This document shows, piece after piece, positions 1 through 7,235 of a DNA stretch of 34,427 bases (positions are counted from its first letter, which is position 1; each line of letters starts with the position of its first letter). The translations under genes were made by a program, and so were the position numbers. Source of the DNA: a virus (Duplodnaviria > Caudoviricetes); the IMG/VR virus record IMGVR_UViG_3300020044_008626, positions 1 through 34,427 of that record. One strand, written 5' to 3'. The notes under the pieces were generated by a model. That model searched no databases, was not told the DNA's origin, and saw nothing but the letters and a program-made list of their open reading frames with translations.

Positions 1-214
1 CTCCTTTCGGCGCTGAGATTGTGCGGACCTCGGGATCTCCGAACCATTCGTGGCATGGCTTGAGGTAGCTCGTAAACGTCGGATCATAAAGCCCTGGGCG
101 ATTCGTGAACCGCTCGCTCATCCAGATTTCATTGGTGCAAAATTCCAGAATCTCGCGGCGCGTTCGTGGTCGCCAAAGTTCTATGAGTTGAGCGCGGATT
201 GAGTCGGGTTTCAT
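1..214 (-). CDS. terL: Terminase large subunit (GpA-like), N-terminal fragment running off the left edge
   Basis: Not in the ORF track. ATG at 214 overlaps the terS stop (ATGA). Translates as MKPDSIRAQLIELWRPRTRREILEFCTNEIWMSERFTNRPGLYDPTFTSYLKPCHEWFGDPEVRTISAPKG, resembling the GpA N-terminus up to the Walker A region. Confidence 0.85.
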   Translation of the reverse strand, partial: MKPDSIRAQLIELWRPRTRREILEFCTNEIWMSERFTNRPGLYDPTFTSYLKPCHEWFGDPEVRTISAPKG

Positions 215-789
215 TTGTTCAAATCAATCTCCTGCGCCGCAGCACAAATCGCGGCGATTTCTTTGTCCATCGCGGGCTTTAGAGTATCACGCATGTCATC
301 AGGCACCACGGCCATAAGACGGCGCGGAAGGGCTTCTAGCATCATCTTTACGCGCGTAACGTATGCAAACATGATTGCCTTTGGCAGCAGCTCGCCAGCA
401 CGCTCCAAGATGTCGGGATTGTCTTTTGCCAGCTTGCGCAGGCTGTCACGTTTTGATTCAAGAATGCGATGAACGAGGGCGGCTGATTCAAAGTCGCCCG
501 CTTCTTCCAGCGCGAATGCTTTGTGCGCAAGACGTTTGCACTCGGCCATGAGCCGGAAAATCTCAGCTTCGATTCCTTCGCCTAGCCCGTCGTCATCGAC
601 TTCAGGCAATGGTGGTGGTGGCTCCACTTCCTTTTTTGGCCTTCCGCCTTGCCGTGCTTTTTTCCAGTCTAGCCAGCGCGGATCGTCGTCTTTTCGCCAC
701 GCCGACACGGTGCGAAGCGTTACTTCGTGCTCCTTCGCGCAAAGGCGCAAAAGGCGAACGTCGTCGGTGTTGCGGGTTACTCCTGGCAT
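211..789 (-). CDS. terS: Terminase small subunit (Nu1-like)
   Basis: N-terminal HTH-like segment (HEVTLRTVSAWRK), helical C-terminus, translationally coupled to the terL N-terminus. Confidence 0.75.
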   Translation of the reverse strand: MPGVTRNTDDVRLLRLCAKEHEVTLRTVSAWRKDDDPRWLDWKKARQGGRPKKEVEPPPPLPEVDDDGLGEGIEAEIFRLMAECKRLAHKAFALEEAGDFESAALVHRILESKRDSLRKLAKDNPDILERAGELLPKAIMFAYVTRVKMMLEALPRRLMAVVPDDMRDTLKPAMDKEIAAICAAAQEIDLNK

Positions 790-807
790 GGTGTGGTTTT
801 GCGAAGG

Positions 808-844
808 TTAATCACACTTTGGGTGTGGATAATCGGTGTTCGGG
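808..844 (+). mobile_element. Array head (attI-like or secondary insertion site) with core site GTTCGGG at 838-844
   Basis: GTTCGGGCG (838-846) is the exact complement of CGCCCGAAC (976-984). There is a short imperfect palindrome at 808-832, but no AAC inverse core at the expected distance. Confidence 0.55.
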
Positions 845-1026
845 CGACCGAGGATTCGGGAGATTCTGTGAGCCAGCAGAGCCGCGCCTTTCCTCTCGGA
901 GCAGGCCCACACTTGGAATGCTTCGGGGTGGATTTTGCGATAGGCCCGATAGTCTCGGATTGCCTTCGCGCATTGCGCCCGAACAAGGCGCTGCTGGTCA
1001 ACAGCCGGAGCGGTGGAGTTTTTCAT
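808..1026 (-). CDS. Small hypothetical protein, cassette 1 ORF
   Basis: 72 aa. ATG lies inside attC 978-1077 and overlaps the upstream stop (ATGA). Reads through R' at 838-844. Confidence 0.7.
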   Translation of the reverse strand: MKNSTAPAVDQQRLVRAQCAKAIRDYRAYRKIHPEAFQVWACSERKGAALLAHRISRILGRPNTDYPHPKCD

Positions 1027-1077
1027 GGTGTCGGTGTCTGGTTGCGCTCCTGCTGTGCCAGAGCTTGGACGTTCTGG
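978..1077 (+). mobile_element. attC: Integron-type attC site (100 bp)
   Basis: R'' CCCGAAC, 5 nt, L'' GCT(G)CTGG, paired arms, L' CCAGAGC, 6 nt, R' GTTCTGG. Extra base at L'' position 4. Confidence 0.85.
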
Positions 1078-1361
1078 TTACCACTATCCCAGCCCATCGC
1101 ATCGCCGATCAGTGTAGCGTCAGCGTCTCCCCATCCGTGCCTGCCGATGAGATTGTAGTGAGTCCGTTGCAGCAGATCGAGGAGCCTGTTGAGCTCGGCT
1201 ACGGCGTCTTGCATGTCGCCAAGATCACCGCCATTGTCCGGCTTACTGATCCATCGTTCACCCGCGTCGTGAATCAGTCGGTAAACACCGCCAGAACGAG
1301 CGGATACAGGCAACCCAGTGGGGCCGTCTGTCGAAGTTTGAGAGTGGGTGTCTTCGGCCAT
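1023..1361 (-). CDS. Small hypothetical protein, cassette 2 ORF
   Basis: 112 aa. Starts inside attC 1291-1428 and stops inside attC 978-1077. Confidence 0.75.
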   Translation of the reverse strand: MAEDTHSQTSTDGPTGLPVSARSGGVYRLIHDAGERWISKPDNGGDLGDMQDAVAELNRLLDLLQRTHYNLIGRHGWGDADATLIGDAMGWDSGNQNVQALAQQERNQTPTP

Positions 1362-1428
1362 AGTTTTTAGTCGGTTGATTGTCTTTCGTGGTCATACCCC
1401 ATCGGTCGCCTGATCCTTGTCGTTCTGC
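1291..1428 (+). mobile_element. attC: Integron-type attC site (138 bp)
   Basis: R'' CCAGAAC, 5 nt, L'' GAT(A)CAGG, arms CAACC..TGGGG / CCCCA..GGTCG, L' CCTGATC, 6 nt, R' GTTCTGC. Confidence 0.85.
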
Positions 1429-1463
1429 GCATGTCGTAGAGAGTCCGCGCATTCCGTGAGCAG
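1392..1463 (-). pseudogene. 3' remnant of a third cassette ORF, cut by the inversion junction
   Basis: Reads LLTECADSLRHAQNDKDQATDGV*. Crosses R' with AAC as an Asn codon, like the other two ORFs. Confidence 0.5.
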
Positions 1464-2790
1464 CGAAGCCATGAAAAAGATGGAGCAAGCGTTTCTTTCG
1501 ATGACCGTAAAACTTTCCGGCGCTCAGTCTGAAAACAACCTTGCCTCTCGGCCCATTCGTTACCTCCTGAATGACGAGGTTGATAAATGGCCGCACGGTT
1601 TCCTTGGCATTGCAGAGGCCCGCACGCTGTCTTATCGCGGCGTTGATAAGATCGTCCGTGGATCAACATGCACGACTGAGGAAGGGCCGATTTGGATGAG
1701 CTGGATTAACAGCACTCAACACCTTTGGAATGTCGAATGCCCGGTCTGCAAAGCGCCGCAGGTGTTTGATTTTTTCAAGAGCGTTAAATGGAGCGCAGAT
1801 CACAAGGACGCCAAAGGCAATTGGAACATCGAAGCCGTGCGGCAATCAGCCTATGGTGTCTGCATTGTGAACGGGTGCGAGTTTAGCAGCAGCCAGCGAA
1901 ACGAAATGGTGAGAGCCGGGCAACCAGTCGCAACAAATCCTTTCGCGTCTCCACAGGATAAGGGCATTCATCTCCCCTCACTGCTTTCGCCGTTTCTTTC
2001 GTTTGGCGACTTGGCGGCGTTATGGCTGCAAAAGAAAAACACGCTCGCGGGCAAACAAGACTTTTATAACCAATACCTCGGCCTCCCGTGGAGCCATGAA
2101 GAATACAGCGTCAGCGAAGAGAAAGTCAGGGCTTGCCGCGCAATCGGCGAAAACTACTATTTGCTTGGCGAATGTCCGATTGACCCGGTGGACGTAACGC
2201 TATCGGCAGACGTAGGCGAAAAGGCAACGCATTGGAGCGTAGAAGCGACTGCGCATGACGGTCAAAGCTACGTTATCGACTACGGCATGGTTCTGGCCGT
2301 TGAGGACTTGCTTTCAATCATGCGCAAAGATTACCCGATTAAAGGCACTGAGAAGCGCGTGCGCATTACCTCTAGCGTGGTTGACTCAGGATACGCAACA
2401 GAGCGTGTCTATCGTGCCTGCGCGAACTCAGGCGGGCGCTTGTGGCCTATCAAGGGCAGCTCTGCCGAGTTCGGAAAGCCAGTTGATGCCGCCAGGATTC
2501 CGACATGGCCGACATTGCTCCTTTATACCTATGTGGACTTTTTTCACAAGGTGGCGCTTTACATTGACGCTATCGCCCGCCGCTCGTCGCCGCTTTGGTG
2601 GATTCCCGCGAACGTAGGCAACGACTTCATCGAAGGCCATTGCGGGCAGGAACTCAAAAGCAAGCAGACCGCTGCACGCTCAATCAAATTCTGGAAGCCG
2701 GTAGCAAACGACCACTTCGGAGATTGCTCGAAAGGGCATCGAATTATCCGAGATGTTCGCTCGCAATTCTACGGATTCGGGAATGCTTGA
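1459..2790 (+). CDS. terL: Terminase large subunit (GpA-like), central and C-terminal part; 5'-truncated
   Basis: GAQSENNLASRPIRYLLNDEVDKWP (Walker B), coupling motif GSTCT, CPVC, nuclease motifs ADVG and VDSGY, DHFGDC. The start of homology is approximate. Confidence 0.92.
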   Translation, partial: SSEAMKKMEQAFLSMTVKLSGAQSENNLASRPIRYLLNDEVDKWPHGFLGIAEARTLSYRGVDKIVRGSTCTTEEGPIWMSWINSTQHLWNVECPVCKAPQVFDFFKSVKWSADHKDAKGNWNIEAVRQSAYGVCIVNGCEFSSSQRNEMVRAGQPVATNPFASPQDKGIHLPSLLSPFLSFGDLAALWLQKKNTLAGKQDFYNQYLGLPWSHEEYSVSEEKVRACRAIGENYYLLGECPIDPVDVTLSADVGEKATHWSVEATAHDGQSYVIDYGMVLAVEDLLSIMRKDYPIKGTEKRVRITSSVVDSGYATERVYRACANSGGRLWPIKGSSAEFGKPVDAARIPTWPTLLLYTYVDFFHKVALYIDAIARRSSPLWWIPANVGNDFIEGHCGQELKSKQTAARSIKFWKPVANDHFGDCSKGHRIIRDVRSQFYGFGNA

Positions 2791-2793
2791 AGC

Positions 2794-2812
2794 GTAAAAC
2801 GAAAAAGTGAAA
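2794..2812 (+). promoter_or_regulatory. 19-bp motif GTAAAAYRRAAAARTGAAA, copy 1
   Basis: GTAAAACGAAAAAGTGAAA, just upstream of a TTGATG -35-like hexamer. Confidence 0.6.
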
Positions 2813-2873
2813 ATTCCACTTGATGTGTCGGCGGGATGTGGAAGGATGGAGTCGCAACGAACAACACGACACC

Positions 2874-3053
2874 ATGACCAAATTCATCAAAATCACCATC
2901 AGCAAAACAGGCAAAGCTCTTTATTATCGCGGCGACGGCTTTTGGTTTGGCCGCTGCTCTGAAGCCTTTGCAAAGCAAAAAATGGCCGAAGGCATTCCAC
3001 TTTGGAATACAAACATTGCGCCAGCTCTTGGCGCTGGAATTATTGCCGGATAA
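2874..3053 (+). CDS. Small moron protein (59 aa)
   Basis: ATG preceded by AACAACACGACACC. Has its own promoter-like region and terminator. Confidence 0.7.
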   Translation: MTKFIKITISKTGKALYYRGDGFWFGRCSEAFAKQKMAEGIPLWNTNIAPALGAGIIAG

Positions 3054-3073
3054 ACGCAGCCGAATACAAAACC

Positions 3074-3102
3074 GCCCGCGCCCTAAAAAGCGCGGGTTTT
3101 TT
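3074..3102 (+). terminator. Intrinsic terminator
   Basis: GCCCGCGC/GCGCGGGT stem followed by a T run. Confidence 0.85.
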
Positions 3103-3154
3103 GTGCCTGAAAATAATCCCTTGCCATCCGCCGTAGGTGATCAATTATCCCGCC

Positions 3155-3250
3155 GACTCGAAAGAGTCTGCTCTGAGTGGAACCGGAGTAATCCGGCAAT
3201 GCTCAAAGCGCAAGAAGCCCGGTCGTTCTCCACTCACGACCGGGCTTTTT
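3155..3250 (+). ncRNA. Structured RNA or attenuator ending in an intrinsic terminator
   Basis: Hairpins GACTC-GAAA-GAGTC and CCGGA-GTAA-TCCGG, a 12-bp terminator stem at 3215-3247, and TTGCCA at 3121 upstream. Confidence 0.55.
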
Positions 3251-3478
3251 CATGTCCTGATTCTTGGCCTACTCAGCAAAAGAGGCCAGCGAAGCGGAAA
3301 CGCCAGCAAGGCAATAATGCAGGTCGGGGACGATCAGTGCTAAACGGTGCCGCACATCCGTTTGAACTCGCTGGGGGCTTATATTTTAGCGCGAGGATAA
3401 ACAAGGCTGAAAGGCTCCCTCCTGACTCTCATTTGCATGGGGGGAGGGGGGGCTTTGATCGGATGGATTGTTTTCTTG

Positions 3479-3485
3479 TTTGACA
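3479..3485 (+). promoter_or_regulatory. Late-gene motif TTTGACA, 13 nt before GTG 3499
   Basis: Recurrent spacing before structural genes. Confidence 0.65.
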
Positions 3486-3498
3486 CCTCTCCTACAGC

Positions 3499-3819
3499 GT
3501 GGCCGACATCCGCGCATTGCAGGACGATTATCTATTTCACGCCGAACTCCAGTTTGGCGCGAGTGACTATGCCGCTCAGTTGGCATGGCTGAAGGAGCGT
3601 TACAACGAAGCCGCCGAAAACCGCGAAAGTGCCGAAGTCACATCGCAGTCGTTTGAAGGCACGACGCATTCCATGCAGTTTCGCGGCAGCACGCCGGAAG
3701 AACGTCGGCAGGCATTAAAGCTCGCCATTCGCCAGCTGAATATCATCAGCGGCAACACGCGCACGGCTCCTGCAAGCGGCCTCAAACTGGACTTTTCCAC
3801 CCGCATTACCTCGACATGA
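3499..3819 (+). CDS. Putative head-tail joining protein (gpW position)
   Basis: 106 aa between terL and portal, coupled to the portal by ATGA. Confidence 0.55.
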   Translation: MADIRALQDDYLFHAELQFGASDYAAQLAWLKERYNEAAENRESAEVTSQSFEGTTHSMQFRGSTPEERRQALKLAIRQLNIISGNTRTAPASGLKLDFSTRITST

Positions 3820-5390
3820 GTTCGCACCGATCACGGCACCGCGCCAAGATGCGGGCACTCCAGGAAGCAATGGTGCAATCAGCACCGCGTCCGGCTCATT
3901 CCGTTTCCGGCCTCGGCAAAGTTACCGACATTCTGAATCATTACGGCGGCACTGCTGGCGTTGAAGCTGCGAAGTGGACGCCTAACCGGGGGACGATGGA
4001 CTATGCGCCGCTAGACACGTCTCGCGTGCTCACAGGGGGCGCTAGAAAGACGGTCCTGCGTAAATGCCGCTGGCTTGCTATCAATGACGGTTACGCTCGC
4101 TTTCTCGTAAACGGCCTAGCTAACCTCATCGGCTTTTATCAGCTACAGCCAGCCACGAAAGACAAGGCATGGAACGCCATCGCGGAACGCCATTGGAAGA
4201 ATCGAATCAAGACGCCATCCGTTTTCGACCGCCTCGGCAAGTTCAATCACGCCAGATGGCAGTTGGCGCTTTCTCGCGGCTCAATTCGTGACGGTGACAT
4301 CCTGACTCTAAAGACATATGCCGCAAGCGGAGCGGGCCAGATCCTCATTTACGGCGGGCATCAAATCGACAGTGGCAACAGGCAAGACATCAGCAACCTG
4401 CGCGACGGCATCTATCACGACAATTTGATGGCACACACGGGATACAACCTCGTAAACCCGTCTGATTTATCGAAAAGCACCGTGGTTCGTGCATCAAACG
4501 CGATGTATTACGGCGACTTTTCCGATGCTGCGGAGCTTCGTCCTATGCCGCGCTTTACGCACGCGGTAAACGACCTGCATGACATCGCAGAGATCGACCT
4601 TGACTCAAAGCTTGGCATTAAGCGCCGCCAATTCATCGGGCTTTACAAGAAACGCGCCCATCAGAACATCTCCGGCAACCTCGGGCTTGGCGTTTACCAG
4701 TCTCCGCACACTGAAACCGGAGTCAACGTCACGAATACGAGCGCGGCTGGCGTAGAAACGACGCAAACGACGCTCATCAATGTGGAAGGCGTAACAGATC
4801 GCACCGGCATTGCTACTCTCGAAGCAGGCGAGGATTACGGCGTCGTGTCTGCGGACAATCCCGGCCCGAATGAGCGCGAATTTAACAAGGCACTGCTAAC
4901 AAAGATCAGCCTCGGCCTCGGTTTGCCACCTTCTACCGTGTTTGCAATGCTGGGCGCTGGCGGTCCTGAGGTGCGTTTCCATATGGCGCTCTTGCAACGC
5001 TGGATTCAGATCGAATTGCTGAACCTCCTGACCATCGTTCAGCAGCATTACTTCTGGATCATGGGAACGGACATCGCTCGCGGCGCTTTGCCTGAGCCTG
5101 ACGACGAACAATGGTGGAATAACATCGCTATTCCTTGCGCAGACCTCACAATCGACCGAGGACGCGAGCTAAACGGCAAGATCGCCGCGCTCAAAGTCGG
5201 CGCTCTAACTCATGCAGACATCTTCGCGGAGGCCGGTAAAGACTGGGAAGATCAACTCGAAATCCAGGCCGAAATCATCGCGCACGCAAGTGGCCTTGCT
5301 GCGCAAAAGGGACTCGCTGGCGGCTTGAGTGACCTCATGCCCGACTGGAACCCTCGGCAGCCTGCTATCACGCCAGTGACTAGGCCGTAA
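3816..5390 (+). CDS. Portal protein, lambda family
   Basis: 524 aa. R.L..ND.YA motif, RDGD, C-terminal GKDWED, and synteny. Confidence 0.85.
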   Translation: MSSHRSRHRAKMRALQEAMVQSAPRPAHSVSGLGKVTDILNHYGGTAGVEAAKWTPNRGTMDYAPLDTSRVLTGGARKTVLRKCRWLAINDGYARFLVNGLANLIGFYQLQPATKDKAWNAIAERHWKNRIKTPSVFDRLGKFNHARWQLALSRGSIRDGDILTLKTYAASGAGQILIYGGHQIDSGNRQDISNLRDGIYHDNLMAHTGYNLVNPSDLSKSTVVRASNAMYYGDFSDAAELRPMPRFTHAVNDLHDIAEIDLDSKLGIKRRQFIGLYKKRAHQNISGNLGLGVYQSPHTETGVNVTNTSAAGVETTQTTLINVEGVTDRTGIATLEAGEDYGVVSADNPGPNEREFNKALLTKISLGLGLPPSTVFAMLGAGGPEVRFHMALLQRWIQIELLNLLTIVQQHYFWIMGTDIARGALPEPDDEQWWNNIAIPCADLTIDRGRELNGKIAALKVGALTHADIFAEAGKDWEDQLEIQAEIIAHASGLAAQKGLAGGLSDLMPDWNPRQPAITPVTRP

Positions 5391-5405
5391 AATAGAAAAG
5401 TGAAA
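5387..5405 (+). promoter_or_regulatory. 19-bp motif, copy 2
   Basis: GTAAAATAGAAAAGTGAAA upstream of a TTGCTG-N17-AAAAT promoter-like sequence. Confidence 0.6.
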
Positions 5406-5445
5406 ATATACTTGCTGAATCAGTGGCAATCTGCAAAATGGCGCG

Positions 5446-5997
5446 ATGAAAATTTTAATCGCATGCGAATACAGCGGGGCCGTGAGAGACGCGTTTCTGG
5501 AACTTGGCCATGATGCAATTTCTTGCGATTTGCTACCGACTGACAAGCCGGGGCCGCATTATCAGGGCGACGTTTTCGACCTCGATTTAAAGAGTTTTGA
5601 TTTGATGATTGCTCACCCGCCATGCACGCATTTAGCAGTGAGCGGCGCTCGGCATTTTGCAGCCAAGCGAGCGGACGGCAGACAGCAGCATGCAATAGAG
5701 TTTTTCACGCGTTTGGCAAACGCGCCGATCCCACGCATCGCTATCGAGAACCCGGTTTGCGTAATGTCTAGCGTTTGGCGCAAGCCTGACCAAACAATTC
5801 AGCCATGGCAATTCGGCCATGGCGAAACGAAGGCAACGTGCCTTTGGCTCAAAGGTCTGCCAAAGCTGCAACCCACTAACATCGTGGATGGCCGGGAACA
5901 ACGCATTCACAAAATGCCACCAAGTGCTGACCGCTGGAAGCTGAGAAGCGCCACATACTCCGGAATCGCGCAAGCCATGGCGGAACAGTGGGGCTGA
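5446..5997 (+). CDS. Short phage C5-cytosine DNA methyltransferase-like protein
   Basis: KILIACEYSG (motif I variant), AHPPCT (catalytic PC), IENPV, QPWQFGH. Confidence 0.85.
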   Translation: MKILIACEYSGAVRDAFLELGHDAISCDLLPTDKPGPHYQGDVFDLDLKSFDLMIAHPPCTHLAVSGARHFAAKRADGRQQHAIEFFTRLANAPIPRIAIENPVCVMSSVWRKPDQTIQPWQFGHGETKATCLWLKGLPKLQPTNIVDGREQRIHKMPPSADRWKLRSATYSGIAQAMAEQWG

Positions 5998-6012
5998 GTT
6001 ATTGATCAAATC

Positions 6013-6039
6013 GCCGCGCCTTTTAGGGCGCGGTTTTTT
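6013..6039 (+). terminator. Intrinsic terminator
   Basis: GCCGCGCC/GGCGCGGT stem followed by a T run. Confidence 0.85.
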
Positions 6040-6046
6040 GTGCCTA

Positions 6047-6053
6047 TTTGACA
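6047..6053 (+). promoter_or_regulatory. Late-gene motif TTTGACA, 13 nt before ATG 6067
   Basis: Same spacing as at 3479 and 16758. Confidence 0.65.
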
Positions 6054-6066
6054 TGCCGCAAAAGGC

Positions 6067-7215
6067 ATGACCTCGCAGACATGGTTCTCTTTTCGCGCCG
6101 CCGCTGATTCGCTGACAATCGACATCACCGATGTTATCGGTTATTTCGGCGTCTCGGCGCATGATTTTCTCGACCGCGTAAAATCTGCCGGATCGTTTTC
6201 CAGTGTTGAACTCAATATCAATTCACCCGGCGGCGATGTCATCGACGGATTTGTGATCTATGACGGACTTCGCGCTTTAGGCGTGCCAATCACAGCCAAC
6301 GTCATCGGCACCGCTGCTTCGATGGCTTCTGTCGTCTTGCTTGCCGCAGATCCCGACAAGCGCAACATCGCGGAAAATGCGCAGGTGATGATTCATCGCG
6401 TAACGTCCGGCGCAGGTGGTAATGCGGATGAGTTAGAAGCCGCCGCCAAGATCACCAAACAATTCGAGGACCGAATCGTGGCCGTTTACGTTGAGCGGAC
6501 AGGCAACGAAGAAGAGCAAATCCGCGAGTGGATGAAAACGAGCCAAGGGACATGGTTCATGGGTCAAGATGCAATCGACGCGGGTTTCGCAAGTGGCATG
6601 ATCAAAAAGAAAAAGCCTGCCGCTTTTAAGAACGAATGGGCCGCACGTTTCACAATGTTACCCGCCGCGCTATTTGACAGCGCCGGAAAGGATATGGATA
6701 ACCAGACTCCGCCTCCCGCTCCTGAAATTGAGCCTATCCCCGCCGCTGAACCTGAAACTCAGGTCATCGAACCAATTTCCCCGACGCCAGAAACTCCAGT
6801 TGAGCATGAAACGGCTCCTGAAGTGGAAGCCAAAGGAATCCTTGAGCGCATCACTGCTGCCTTCACCGGCAGCGAAAAACTCAAGGCTGAACTCGCCAAA
6901 GCAAGCGCCGCCCTCATTGATCGTGATGGCGAGATCGCTGCATTGAAAGCTGAAGTTCAGGCGCTAAAGCCGCAAGCCGCACAGCTTACCGAGATCACGG
7001 CAAAGCTGGCTGAAGCTGAAGCAAAGGCGAAGTCAGTTGGCCTTGCTGCCGCTGAAATAGCCGCCGCGCATGGCCTGCGCTCCGAACAACTCGCGGAATT
7101 GCCCGCTCCGTCCGAAAACATGGCGGAGCAAAAGCAGATGACACGCGAAGACTTCGACAAACTCAATCACGCCGCTCGAAATGCTTTTATGGCAAGCGGC
7201 GGCAAACTCATTTAA
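6067..7215 (+). CDS. ClpP-type prohead protease with C-terminal scaffold domain
   Basis: INSPGGDV, AASMAS (catalytic Ser), MIH. Pro/Glu-rich linker followed by a coiled-coil tail. Confidence 0.92.
   Translation: MTSQTWFSFRAAADSLTIDITDVIGYFGVSAHDFLDRVKSAGSFSSVELNINSPGGDVIDGFVIYDGLRALGVPITANVIGTAASMASVVLLAADPDKRNIAENAQVMIHRVTSGAGGNADELEAAAKITKQFEDRIVAVYVERTGNEEEQIREWMKTSQGTWFMGQDAIDAGFASGMIKKKKPAAFKNEWAARFTMLPAALFDSAGKDMDNQTPPPAPEIEPIPAAEPETQVIEPISPTPETPVEHETAPEVEAKGILERITAAFTGSEKLKAELAKASAALIDRDGEIAALKAEVQALKPQAAQLTEITAKLAEAEAKAKSVGLAAAEIAAAHGLRSEQLAELPAPSENMAEQKQMTREDFDKLNHAARNAFMASGGKLI
6694..7215 (+). CDS. Putative nested scaffold protein (in-frame internal start M210)
   Basis: TTTGACA at 6673-6679 lies 14 nt before an in-frame ATG at the domain boundary. 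Confidence 0.6.
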   Translation: MDNQTPPPAPEIEPIPAAEPETQVIEPISPTPETPVEHETAPEVEAKGILERITAAFTGSEKLKAELAKASAALIDRDGEIAALKAEVQALKPQAAQLTEITAKLAEAEAKAKSVGLAAAEIAAAHGLRSEQLAELPAPSENMAEQKQMTREDFDKLNHAARNAFMASGGKLI

Positions 7216-7235
7216 CTCTTTTCTAAAACACCAAT

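Noticed and set aside
824-832. Perfect DnaA box (TGTGGATAA)
   Set aside because: A single copy inside an ORF and within the array head; no cluster was seen, so it may be chance.
609-1370. 253-aa + strand ORF and other long antisense ORFs (e.g. 7761-8426, 22430-23062, 23452-24021)
   Set aside because: Shadow frames opposite well-supported genes.
1417-1458. TTG start for terL given in the ORF track
   Set aside because: It lies in attC and cassette sequence on the other side of the inversion junction. The true terL start is at 214 on the - strand.
2947-3483. 178-aa ORF from the track
   Set aside because: It runs across two terminators and structured RNA, overlaps the 59-aa gene out of frame, and has no recognisable motif.
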